Shown piece by piece: positions 12,066 through 23,556 of a DNA stretch of 64,000 nucleotides. Origin of the DNA: Camelus dromedarius (lineage: Eukaryota); assembly GCF_036321535.1 (NCBI RefSeq), contig NC_087436.1:107820001-107884000 (forward strand), in the 5' to 3' direction. The notes below the pieces were generated by a model. The model saw only the letters and a list, made by a program, of their open reading frames with translations, did not search any database and was not told where the DNA came from. Within the stretch, counting starts at the first letter, position 1; every line of letters starts with the position of its first letter. The translations under genes were made by a program, and so were the position numbers.

Positions 12066-12664
12066 TGGGAACCAGTTCTAGATGGAAGAGAGCGAAAAAA
12101 GTGAGGAAGGGGTTGGCTTTTGACCTCAGGCTTTCTCCGTGTGGGACTGCGCTGTGGCCACAGCTCTCATTGAGCAGCCTTCTGCAGTTTCAGCTCTTAT
12201 CTCTGGGTTCTGGCATTGGTCCCTGTCCCCTCCTTGCACACATTCCAGCTGGAGTTTGGTACTGGTGCTTTGTTGTATTCACCCTGCTTTTTTACCTTCC
12301 ATTCTGCCTCCATTTTTATAAATTGTTCCTTTGTGAACTTTGTCATTAATAGCCAGTTTTGTGCTCTTTCCCGGCAAGACCTTGACATTTGGTCCTTGTC
12401 TTAGTATTGGGAATGTAAAGTGAACCATAAAGATACACTGCCTCCCATTCTCCAGGGCTTTCGTCACACAAAATCCACGCAAGTCAAAGCAAGCAAAGGA
12501 GCTTGCATGTTAATGGAGGAAGTCTAACAGAAACAGGATAAACAAACAAAATTCATAGCAATTTAGATAGTGCTTAAATGCTGAGAACAACAAAAACAAA
12601 TGAATAATGGATGAGAGTTAGAAACTGCCGGAAGAAGGGTTTCAGAACTTTAAAATATTTATAT

Positions 12665-12915
12665 AAGCTAGAATTGAAAATCGTTGAGCAAGGAGCTTTG
12701 TCTAGCTTAGTGTTGTCTCCTTAGCTCCTAGAATAGTGCCTGACACACAAAGGGTCCACAGTACATGTTTGTTGAATGAATGAAAAAGTATGAATACAAA
12801 TGCATTCATGCATGCATCCATTCATTCAAATAGTATTTTTGAATGCCTGCTTTGCTGGACACTCAGGATAATATAAAATGACACAAGTTCTTGCCTTTAA
12901 GGAGTTGACAACTAA
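12665..12915. mobile_element. Two L2 3' ends in tail-to-tail orientation (+ 12665-12795; - 12800-12915)
   Basis: 'cctagaatagtgcctgacacac...tgtttgttgaatgaatg' is followed by 'cattcattcaaatagtatttttgaatgcctgc...cttgcctttaaggagttgaca'. Confidence 0.75.
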
Positions 12916-13059
12916 TACCTTTTCCATCCAACAATATTATAATTTCCTTGTGATGGGTTTTACCTCCTGAACTTCTTTTTATTCCCAGCACCTGCTGCAC
13001 ATAACAAAGCAGTGAAAGTAGTCAAAACTCTTGTACGTGAATGAATCAATTGATTTTAA

Positions 13060-13575
13060 CAATAACATAGACTAATTATATTGACTCGTTACAACAAATC
13101 AGTGCAAATTTAGTTAAGGGTCTGGCTGGAGCCAGGCTCTCAGTAAGCATTAGGCATGGTCTCTTTCCTTCCCTTGGCATTCATTTCCTCTTTTACTTGA
13201 TAATTTTCAGCTGCTCTTTGTCTATAGGTGGTCGAAATTTGCTCATGTACAGCCTCAGGTTTTATAGCCTCTTACTTTGTAAATGTCTGCAGAAAAATGT
13301 TTCTTCCCTAAGAGTGTTAGCCAAGGTTATGGATGTGTCTTTCCTTGGCCCAGCATGGATCACAAGGTAATCTTTGAACCAGCGACTGCAGTCAGAGAGA
13401 AGGCAATCTTTGATTAGCCATGCCTGGCTCACACATTACCCCTGGATTCAGTAATAAGGTTCAAACCATTCAAATCACTTGGACTTCAGGAAGGTCCTAA
13501 GAAAAATTGGGTTTGTATTACCAAAAAGAGGAATGGATGCTGGTCATACAAAAGCAACAGATGTTCCAGATGCTC
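13060..13575 (-). mobile_element. MaLR LTR (MLT1K-like)
   Basis: Ends 'ttaccaaaaagaggaatggatgctggtcatacaaaagcaacagatgttcca', with internal 'tttgaaccagcgactgc...tgattagccatgcctggctcac'. Confidence 0.7.
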
Positions 13576-14789
13576 TACTAAAAAGCTTTATACTTTACAT
13601 ATTAATGTTCTAGTTAAAGCTCCTAATTTGGACTAACTGGGAGTGGAAATTTTGGCTGAATTCATAGAAACACATTTTAAAAGTTTCTTTCTGTTTCTTT
13701 TAAGTAAATTTAGCGTGGGTGTATAACAGAACAAATTCACTAAACATTGCTTCCACTTCTTTGAGGCTAATTGCTGTAAAGAATACATGGAAAGAGATTG
13801 TAATTAGCATGTCCTTTATTCCTGTAAGAGAAAGGATGCTTCTAAAGTATTTGAGAATGACTGAAAATGTAGTTCTTTGAGTGGCTTTAAACACTTCACT
13901 GCTTTTCTTCTCACACTATTAATTTACTTGGCCAAATTATCACAGATTCTGAATTAATGAGGTGTTAGTACAAATGCAGATGGCATTATCTGGTTAGCTT
14001 TAGATAATCCTCAAGGCATAGTGTTCCCTTTACCACTGGGAAAGTTGAGCAAATGTTTGCTGAATCTTTTTAGAGCAAAAGCTTTAAAGATTAGCCCACT
14101 TATTTATTTGAATCATGGAAATTTAGTTTGAAACATAGACTTTTCTTTTTTAAACTCAAGACAAAGTAGGTCTTGCTTATTTTATTTTTAGATCTCTTCT
14201 TTTAACTGTAGCATTTCCTTTACTGTCACTTGGAATAGTGTATCTCTAAATGTGGTCTGTAATACTGTCATTAAACTGTGGTCCTCCCCCAACCACCACA
14301 AATGTGCAAGAAACCAAGGCAGAAATTGAAGTATTTAGAAACTTTTATAGCAATTAAATATTTTTGCAACATCCAAGTGCAGTTGTTCTTGTTGGATTGA
14401 TCTTGTTGAACATGATATAGACCAGATAGGGTGGTTCTTGAAACTGTGTAACGATTCATACTTGCCATGAACTGCATCCTAATAATGCACAATGGACCAC
14501 GTTATGTTACCACAATGTTGGACCATGAATCATTTATAAAGGATTAAAAGAAAGAAGGATAACTTGTCTTTTACTTCAGAAAGTCTGAAAAGAACAGTTG
14601 TACCAAAAACAATTGTTTGAAAGAATCAGGAAAGCTACCAAAGCAGTGAAGAATTACTCAGCCCAAATGTGGAAGAAGATAGTATTATGTAAGGCCTCAA
14701 GTCATCCCAGAAATGTTTTATATGCAGTGTTTGGAACACTAAAAATATTATAGAGGCATATGAGGAACAAGACCATCTGATTAAAGACC

Positions 14790-16470
14790 AAAATAAGCAT
14801 TACATGATAAAAATAGATTTACTGATAATCTAGATTATGGATTCCTTAGTTATGGAATTTTAAATAACTATGCTTAATATGCTCTAGAAATAAGCTAAAA
14901 TTAGGAGTTTTGTCAGATCTGGAATGTATTTTATATAAGTACCAAGTGAGAATTATACAACTGAAAGATACAACAACTGTATTAAACATTCAACAAATGG
15001 ACTTCTTGACAAAAAAAACTAGATAGATAAGATTAGACTCAGAAAGCAAATTAGTGAAATAGAAAAACAGAAATTGGTTCAGGAAGAAAAAAACATACAG
15101 AATACAGCAAGGGGAGAGACAGTGTGATAGAAAACATCCCACACAAAATATAAAAACACATGAGATTCAGTGACAGTATCTTAGTACATGTAATTGGAGT
15201 CTCAGAAGGAGAGGGGAGAGACTATGAAGCTGAATAATATTTGAAGGTAAAATGGCTGAGAATGTTTCCAAATTGACAAAAGATTTCAAGCCACAGATTC
15301 AGGAGATACTATGAATCTTACGCTAGATGAAAATAAAGAAAGCCACACTGAAGCGTATCACAAATTGCTGATAACCAAAAATTTAAGAAAGTCTTCAGAG
15401 CATCTAGAAGAAAATAATTTTACCTTCAAAGAGCAACAATTAGACCAACAGCAGATTTCTCAATAGAAGCAACTGATGAAGACAGTGAATGAAATGAAAC
15501 TTCAAATTGTTAAAACAAACAACCTACTGTTCTGTCCTCGGTGGAAATATTCTGCAAAAATAACAGTGTAAAAAGGAATGTTCAGACAAACAAAAGCTGA
15601 GAGGACTTATCAGCAGTATATAACCCCAGAGAAGGTAAGAATATTCTACAGGCAGAAAGAAAATGACCAGGGTTTAAAGCCCAGAGTTGCAGGAAGATCA
15701 GAAGCGCCATGTGGATAAGTCTAAATAAATATCGATGGTATAAAATAGTATAAAACAATAGAACTTCCTATGGGGTTTGAGATACATAGTGAATTAAAAT
15801 AGCAACAGGCATGTTGTAAAAATTGAGAGGAGGGGTACAGATTGAAAGGCCTTTTGCATGTTCACGAAAAGGGAAAAAGTCCTTGTTTACATTAAAATTT
15901 GATGAGTCAAGGGCAGTAGTTCTCAACCAAGAGTAATTTTGTCCTCCAGGAAACATTTGGCAATATCTGGAGACATTTTTTATTGTCACAGCAGGAAGGA
16001 TGTGACTAACTTTCCCTTGGTCGAAGCCAGAGACACTTCTAAAATCTTAGGATGCACAGGAAAGCCTCACATAACAAAGGATTCTCTGGTCCAAATTGTC
16101 AATAGTTCTTAGATTGAGAAATCCTGATCTAGAGTTATCACTGAAGTATTGAATAAGAGCGTGATACTCAAGCCAATAAAGGGGAAAAATGGTATAAATA
16201 ATAAATTCATATTGGAACAAAAAAAAAAAAGAAAAAAGGACGACAGAACAGGTGGGACAAATGGAAAGTAGGCCAGATGATGGTAAATTTAAAATCAATT
16301 CTGTCAGTAATCTCATTAAATATAAATGGACAGATTCTCCAACTTAAAAATGAGCATATTACTGGATAAAATTAACAGCCATGTGCCACTTACAATAAAT
16401 ATATGTTCAGATAAAACAAACACATATTTTTTAAATGTTGAATATATTCCTTGAAAAATAAATGAATTAA
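14790..16470 (+). mobile_element. Old L1 (L1M/L1ME-type) ORF1, spacer and ORF2 start, heavily decayed and interrupted by MER20
   Basis: 'catgtaattggagtctcagaaggagag...aatggctgagaatgtttccaaattgac...cagcagatttctcaatagaagc' resembles ORF1. 'cagtaatctcattaaatataaatggac' resembles the endonuclease start. Confidence 0.8.
15914..16126 (+). mobile_element. MER20
   Basis: 'cagtagttctcaacc...catttggcaatatctggagacattttt...tgtcaatagttcttagattgagaaatcctg'. Confidence 0.9.
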
Positions 16471-16791
16471 AAACCCCCAATTTCAGCAGTTCCCTATTGC
16501 TTTCCAGAGGCATTTGTACATAGTATTTTTTACCTCTCTCTCCTTATCCAGACATGTTATTCAAAGCCTTAAAGCCTTTTTGTGCCATGATTGTTGGTAG
16601 TAATTGTGGATTCAGTTTTGTGATAGATTATTATCTTCATATCTCACCAGACCATGGACTTCACTAGGGCAGCGATTAGGTTTTCTTTTTATTTTTCTGC
16701 TATAAGCAAAGCATCTGCCATAGAGCCTGGCATATAGCAAGTATTCTCTGTGTAGAATGATTGAAAATGTTTGTGCCATTTTTTTTACCCC

Positions 16792-18206
16792 CTGTATTCT
16801 CTAACTTTGGGGTCTCAGTTCCCTTTACACTATGAAAAATCATTGAGTATAGCCAGATCTATCAGTAATTTCCATATTAGATGATAAAATTGAGAAATTT
16901 TTAAAATACCTTCAATTACTAATTTAAAGTAATAAGCCTACTATACAAGGTAACAAAATTACGTATTATACAAGGTAACAAAATTACATATTATAAAAAT
17001 AACTTCAAATTTCATGAGAATAGCAGCGTTGTTTACCTTTTTTTTATAAATCTCTTTAATGTCTGGTTTAATAGAAGACAGCTGGATTCTTATAATGGCT
17101 TATGTATTGAATCTTTTGCAATATATTATTTTGGTTGAAGTTTGAAGTGTATAAAGAAAACTGTATCTTGTAGAGACATGTAGTTGGAAAAATGAAGAGT
17201 ACTTTAACAGCCTCTTCAGAAAACGCTGGATGTTATTATTTGATGTTACACCGATACTTGATAGGTAGTATTTTATTAAAGGCTAATTGCATCATGCAAT
17301 TGGAAAACATATCAATTGCCTCTTCATATTCTGTTATTTTAAAATCTATGCATCTGTTTTGCACTTTGAATAGATCTTTTATCCATGAATGGGTCGTTTG
17401 GAAAACAATTCATTGAATCATGGAAGAGCTTTCAAATGTGGGTACATTTCATTGTACAGTACAAAAAAATACACTCATGAATATAAAACCAGTGTCATCA
17501 GAATATAATGTGAAGTGATCAAATTTATGATATTAGGTAGAAGTTTCAAATACTCTAATTTTCATTTGAAAGCTCAACTTTTTATCTTTGCAATGATTGT
17601 TAACAGTTGTTTTCTTTGAAGTCACAGACTCACTTCATTTTAAGGCAATATCTGCCAGATACTAAAAAGTCTGAATAATCGTAGTTTGTCTGTCAGTCAT
17701 TTTTTTCAAGGAAAAATGTGTTCTGTGATTAAAAGAAAAATTAAAAAGCAGCTACTTCAGTTTGCAGCTCAAACAACCACACAGATTCTTTTCCTGGAGA
17801 CGACTGTGTTACTTCTGTGCACAGAAGTACTTTATGCATATTTTCCATTTTGTCAAATGGAAGATTAAAAAGACGTGTATTCAGTGACCAGGATTTAATA
17901 AAATTTGAAATTTTAACTATTCTTCAGGAACATTCTTAGAGTAACTGGCTCTTTTTTTTTTTTTTTTTTTCTTTCTTCCTGTGAGTATATGACAGTGAAG
18001 AATAGAATTACTAGCTAATACAGTTTGGTGATGTGGCCTTAATTTCTGCCAAGTAATCAACAGTTTTCCCCACCATTGCTTTTGAGCCATTAGTAAAAAT
18101 GCCAACATAGTATAAGAGATACGTGGTTTTCACCTCCTGAATTCTTTGAAAGAGAGAGTCTTGGGGGCTCCCAGAGTTCTCACAGACCACACTTGGAGAA
18201 GCAGTG
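16792..18206 (-). mobile_element. Charlie1-family hAT DNA transposon (Charlie1a-like)
   Basis: 'ggtctcagttccctttacacta...aaatctctttaatgtctggtttaatagaagacagctggattct...cagaccacacttggagaagcagtg'. Confidence 0.85.
16942..16991. repeat. 25-bp tandem duplication inside Charlie1
   Basis: tatacaaggtaacaaaattacgtat / tatacaaggtaacaaaattacatat (1 mismatch). Confidence 0.9.
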
Positions 18207-18333
18207 CTTTGCACCTACATACCCAATGGAACTGTCGAACCGGCTGGCTACTTGTTTCCATACATGCCTCACCTCCACATTTGGGAATGTCTTCATTCAA
18301 AATGCTCCCTTCATCTCTGTATTCTTCTTCTTC

Positions 18334-18880
18334 TTTTTTTTTTTTTTGTATATATGTATTTTATTGAAATATAGTCAATTTACAATGTGTCAATTTCTGG
18401 TGTACAGCATAATGCTTTAGCCATATGTAACATATATATATTCATTTTCATATTCTTTTTCTCCATAAGTTACTACAAGATATTGAATATAGTCTCCTGT
18501 GCTATACAATATGAACTTGTTGTTTATCTATTTTATATATACTACTTAGTATCTGCAAATCTCAAACTCCCAATTTATCCCTTCCCACCCCATTTCCCCA
18601 CAAACAAAACCATAAGTTTGTTTTCTGTGTCTGTGAGTCTGTTTTTGTTTTGTAAATAAGTTCGTTTGTCTTTTTTTTTTTAGATTCCATATATAAGTGA
18701 TATCATATGGTATTTTTCTTTCTCTTTCTGGCTTACTTCACTTAGAATGACAATCTCTAGGTCCATCCATGTTGCTGCAGATGGCATTATTTTATTATTT
18801 TTTGTGGCTGAATAGTATTCCATTGTGTAAGTATGCTGCAGCTTCTTTATCCAATCATCTGTTGATGGACATTTAGGTTG
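18334..18880 (-). mobile_element. 5'-truncated lineage-specific L1 (ORF2 end + 3'UTR + A tail)
   Basis: Poly-T, then 'ttttattgaaatatagtcaatttacaatgtg...ctttctggcttacttcacttagaatgac...gttgatggacatttaggttg'. Confidence 0.92.
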
Positions 18881-19397
18881 GAATTACCTTTGTCTTCTTG
18901 ATCCTCTCTAAGGTGTGTGTTAGTCAAAAAACCAGATTTGACCTTCAAAATAGATTTGATTACTCCACTCTGAGTCCTGACATTGTTGTGAACATGTGGT
19001 ATAACTGCACATCATATGGCCTCTAACTGTGCTGTCACCATCGTACTCTGAGTGTTCTAAAGGGAGGGTGCTGTGTACATTTTATCTTTGAAAACTACTG
19101 AGTGCCTGAGAAGAGGTTCTGGGTATATTATATAGCCCACATCAATATTTATACATTGAAATGAATTAAATATGATTTTACTAAAACTCGTGGAATTATC
19201 TCCAGGGGGTTTCACTAATTTTACAAGCCTGCATTTGCTTTAAGATAGCTACTTTTATCATTTACCCTAAATACTAGAATTAAGACTATTAAACTCAGTG
19301 ACCTGAGTGATTCAATGCCAAGTTTGATGGTTTTCTGAGACTGAATATTCATTCCCTCACTCATTCATTTGTCATTTCTTCATTAGGTTTAATTTTT

Positions 19398-19904
19398 TTA
19401 ATGACTTTATTCTTTTAGAGCAGTTTCAGGTTCAGAGTAGAATTGAGCAGAAAATACATAGAGTTCACACATACCCTCCCCACCCACACATATATACTCC
19501 TCTACCTTCAACATCCCTCATCAGTGTGGCATATTTGGTACAATCAGTGAACCAACATGGGCACATTATTATCAACCAAAGTCCATAGTTTACATTAAGG
19601 TTCACTCTTGACATTGTACATTCTGTGGGTTTTGACAAATGCATAGTGACATGTAGCCGCCACTGTAGTATCACACAGAATAACTTCATTGCCCTAAACA
19701 TCCCTTGTGCTCCATCTATTCATTCCTCCCTCCCTCTCCCCAAACCCCTGGAAACCACGATCTTTTTATTGTTTCTGTAGCTGTGCCTTTTCCAGAATGT
19801 CATTTGGTTGGAATCATATGGTTTGTAGCCTTTTCAAGCTGGTTTCTTTCATTTAGTAATATGTCTTTTAAGTTTCTTCCATGTCTTTCATGGCTTGATA
19901 GATC
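19398..19904 (-). mobile_element. Ancient L1MC1/2-type 3'UTR (transduced segment of the composite)
   Basis: Homologous to the L1MC copy at 32775-33240 ('gactttattcttttagagcagtttcagg...cattattatcaaccaaagtccatagtttacatt'). It has its own AATAAA on the minus strand near 19406-19411. Confidence 0.88.
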
Positions 19905-20039
19905 TTTTTTTTTTTTTTTTTTTTTGCTACACATATATTTTTAAATTTACATATATGCACTATTCATTGTTTCTAAGAATTTTTAGAGCTTTAGCCTTTT
20001 AAATTTACATAGTTATCAAAGGAATAAAGGCAACCACAA

Positions 20040-20572
20040 AATAATTAATTTAAAAAGATACATACACCTTGCTATTAACAGCAACATTATTTATAATTGC
20101 CAAGATATGGAAGCATCCTAAGTGCACATCAAGAGTTAAATAGACAATGAAGATAGAGTATGTATATGCATACTCCATATATATATGGAATACAACTCAC
20201 CCATAAAAAAGAAGGATATTTTGCCATTTGCAGCCCTTTATTCACTTTTTTTTTTCCACTTCAAAAACCAGAATTTTATAACTGGCAGAGACATTTCCAT
20301 TACAGCAAAAATAATAAAATACCTAGAAATAAACTTAACCGAGGAGGTTACCTATACTCTGAAGACACAAATGACACAAAGAAAGGGAAAGATTTCTTGT
20401 GCTCTTGGATTGGAAGAATCAACACTATCAAAATGACCACACTACCCAAAGCAATCCACAGATCCAGCGCAACCCCCATCAAAATATTTGTGACATTCCT
20501 TACAGAACTAGAGCAAACAATTCCAAAATTTATAAGGAACCACAAAAGACCCCAAACAGCCAAAGCAGTCTT
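20040..20572 (+). mobile_element. Two L1 ORF2 scraps (20040-20235 ORF2 C-terminal region; 20290-20572 post-RT region), antisense within the HAL1-like element
   Basis: ORF 20160-20645 includes 'CSWIGRINTIKMTTLPKAIHRSSATPIKIFVTFLTELEQTIPKFIRNHKRPQTAKAVL'. 'tttataattgccaagatatggaagcatcctaagtg' corresponds to the [12 protein letters not shown] region. Confidence 0.88.
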
Positions 20573-20641
20573 ATGTAGGTCTCTCTTTTTTTTTTCAATT
20601 CCTCTTTTTTCTTTTTGTTCTCTTTTTTTATGGTTTGATGA

Positions 20642-21527
20642 CTAGAGAAGGTCCTTTAACGTTTGTCGTAAAGCTGGTTTGGTGGTGCTGAAATCTTTTA
20701 GCTTTTGTTTATCTGTGAAGCTTTTGATTTCTCCATCAAGTCTGAATGAGAGCCTTGCTGGATAGAATATTCTGGGTTGTAGGTTTCCCCCTTGTATCAC
20801 TTTAAATATATCGTGCCACTCCCTTCTGGCCTGTAGAGTTTCTTCTGAAAAATCAGCTGATAACCTTATGGGAGTTCCCTTGTATGTTATTTGTTGCTTT
20901 TCTCTTGCTAATTTTAATATTTTCTCCTTATCCTTAATTGTTGTCAATGTGATGACTGTGTGCCTTGGTGTGTTCCTCTTTGGATTGATTCTGTGTGGTA
21001 CTCTCTGTGCTTCCTGGACTTGAGTGACTGTTTGCCAAGTTGGGGAAGTTTTCAGTGATTATCTCTACAAAAATGTTCTCAGATCTTTTCTCTCTCTCTC
21101 CTCTTCCTGGGACCCCTATAATACAAATATTAGTGTGTTTCATGTTTTCCAAGAGTTCTCTTAAACTATCCTCATTTCTTTTTATTCTTTTTTCTTTTTT
21201 CTGTTCTAAAGTAGTAATTTCCACTAATCTGTCTTCTAGCTCACTGATCCGTTCTTCTGCCTCATTTAGTCTATTCTTGGTTCCTTCTAATGTATTGTTC
21301 ATTTCAGTGATTTTATTCTTCAGCTCTGTTTGAGTATTCTTTATATTTTCCAGTCCTTTGCTAAAAACTTCACTCTGTGCATCTTTACTCCTCTTGAATT
21401 CTCTGAACATCTTGGCCATCGTTACTTTAAAATCTTTCTGAGATAAATTGCCTATCTCCTCATCACTTATTTCTCCTGGGATTTTACCTCATGCGTTGGC
21501 CTGGGAGATATTCCTTTGCTGCCTCAT
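20642..21527 (-). pseudogene. L1 ORF1 (RNA-binding/chaperone), full length but with one early stop and a frameshift near 21035
   Basis: ORFs 20934-21419 (coiled coil; 'NICIIGVP...ENFPNL') and 20642-20947 ('KEKILKLAREKQQITYKGTPIRLSADFS...PARLSF...TKPALRQTLKDLL'). Probable ATG at 21527 (MRQQRNIS). Confidence 0.92.
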
Positions 21528-22461
21528 ATCATCTGTCTTTCTATGTGTTTGTGGATTCTTTCCACAGGCTTTGGGATTATTGTTTTCTTATTTCTAGTAT
21601 CTGCCCCTGGTGAGTGAGGCTGGACTAGAGGCTTATGCAGGTTTCCTGGCAGGAGGAGCCGATGCCTGCCCACTGCTGGGTGAAGCTTGATCCTGGACCT
21701 CTAGTGGGTAAGGCTGTGACTAGAGGCCTTTGTGGCTTAGAAAGTCTGATGATGGCTGTGGCTGTGTTCCCACACACTGTGTTTGGCCTGAGGCTTCCCT
21801 ACAGGCTGTTGGTGGGGCTAGGTCTTGGTACTAATGATCCAATCAAGATGTCAGCCTCCAGGAAAGCTCATGTAGATGAACACTCCCAGAATGTCTGCCA
21901 CCAGCTTTTATGTCCCCTGAGTGAGCCACAGCTGTCCCCCACGTCCCCAGGAGACCCTCCAAATCCAGCAGGCAGATCTAGCCCAGATTTCTATGAACTC
22001 ACTGCCTCTGCCCTTGGGCCTGTTGCACGTGAGTTTCTGTGTAAGCTTCCCAAGTGAATGGAGTCTCCATTTCCCCTAGTCCCATGGGGCTCCCAAAGCC
22101 AAGCCTCCTGGCCTTCAAAACCTGGGGTCTCCTTCTCTTCCCAATGCCAGAACCAAGCTGGGGAGCCCCACCTGGGGCTGAGAGCTCTCACTCCTGTGGG
22201 AGGGCCTCTTCAACTTAACAAATCTTCAGCTTGTGGTTTGCCCACCCAAGGAGTATGAGGCCCAATTATTATCACAAGCAAGCCCCTCCCACCATCCTGC
22301 CGTGGCTCCCTCTTTATGTTTCCTGTTGCAGAAGATCTTTTTTGCTAGGTTCCAGTCTTTTTTTTTTTGATGGTTGTTTAGCATTCAGTTGTGGTTTCAT
22401 TGTAGTTGCGAGGAGAGGCGAGCTCATGGTCCTACCACTCCGCCATCTTGACCGGACACAC
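21528..22461 (-). promoter_or_regulatory. L1 5'UTR/internal Pol II promoter with YY1-type motif
   Basis: GC-rich ~930 bp upstream of ORF1. 'caagatggcg' (YY1 core) lies about 12 nt from the 5' end at 22441-22450. Confidence 0.8.
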
Positions 22462-22478
22462 CATTAGGTTTAATTTTT

Positions 22479-23462
22479 AAACAAGGATTTATTTAGCACT
22501 TAGGATGTCTTAGCCATGGCAGATACAATGAAAACTAAGACACAGTGCCTCATCCAAAGGGCTTATATTCCTTCAGAAACTGTATTATGATCTCCTACTA
22601 AGTGTAAGGAGTTCTCTAATCATATACTAGACAGAGTTCCTGCCATCATAATGTATATATGGTGTAATTGAAGAGACATGCACATCAATAAATTAAAATA
22701 CACTATGTGGGGCACTGTTCCTGAAATAGGAACAGTAGATGGTGGCAGCTCTGAAAGGGAGCACATAATTCTGCCTGGAGAAGTGAATGAAAGCATCACT
22801 GTTCAGGTAACATTTGAGCTAGGTTTTAATTAAAAGAATTATGACAGGTGAAGAGGGAGACAAGGACAATTCTTGCAGAGACTAATGATGAAACGTGGAA
22901 TCATGATAGATGTTATTATGTTTGTGGGATGATTAAAGTATGTAGGATCAGGACCGGAGGATAAATGCAAGAGACTGTTAGGAGAGGAGGTTGGAATATA
23001 ATTTGGGCTTAGATTGTTCCAGCCCAAGTAAGTCATACTAAGGCGTTTGAATTTTATGAATAAGTATCAGGGATCCAATGCACATTTTAAAGAAGAATAG
23101 GGATGTGAAAATACCTCTGGTTTTTTGCTACATCAATCTGATGTAGAAATAATGAGTGTGGGAGGCTAATGCAGACAGAAGGCTAGATAAAGCAACATGG
23201 CATAGTTTTAAGTTAGAAATGATGAAGCTGGAACTAACATATTACCAGTAAAAAGTGATGAGAAGGAGCCAGATTTGAGAGATATTTCTGAAGCAAATAG
23301 AATTGGTGTGACTTGGTGGTTATTTGGATTGTGAGGTAGAGGTAGAAGTGGAGGATAACACGTTTCTACATTGAGGAATTAGGAAAATGGAGGGGTCATT
23401 AACCAAGATCAAAGCTGGCAACCGAGATAGGGAGAAAATTTCTATTTTAGATAGAAGTTGGA
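22479..23462 (-). mobile_element. L2 fragments (continuing the L2 tail at 19345-19380)
   Basis: 'gatttatttagcact...gatacaatgaaaactaagacacagtgcctc...ggcttatattc', 'catttgagctaggtttt', 'gatttgagagatatttctgaag'. Confidence 0.75.
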
Positions 23463-23556
23463 CCTTAGAAACAAATAGTCCTGTGTCCCAACCCTAGTTG
23501 TCCAAACTATCGTGTATGATGTTTTTATTTCATCTATAAAACAGAATATGCTCACT

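Larger units (their letters stand above)
19398..22461 (-). mobile_element. HAL1-like (ORF1-only) L1 derivative with 3' transduction, inserted as a single unit
   Basis: Perfect 17-bp TSD 'cattaggtttaattttt' at 19381-19397 and 22462-22478, with a TT/AAAAA endonuclease site. The 5' end reads 'gtgtgtccggtcaagatggcggag'. An L2 tail is split on either side. Confidence 0.85.

Noticed and set aside
21635..22467. Plus-strand ORFs of 140, 66 and 78 aa antisense in the L1 5'UTR (ORF0-like?)
   Set aside because: No recognisable similarity. ORFs of this size are expected in GC-rich UTR sequence, and ORF0 is described for primate L1.
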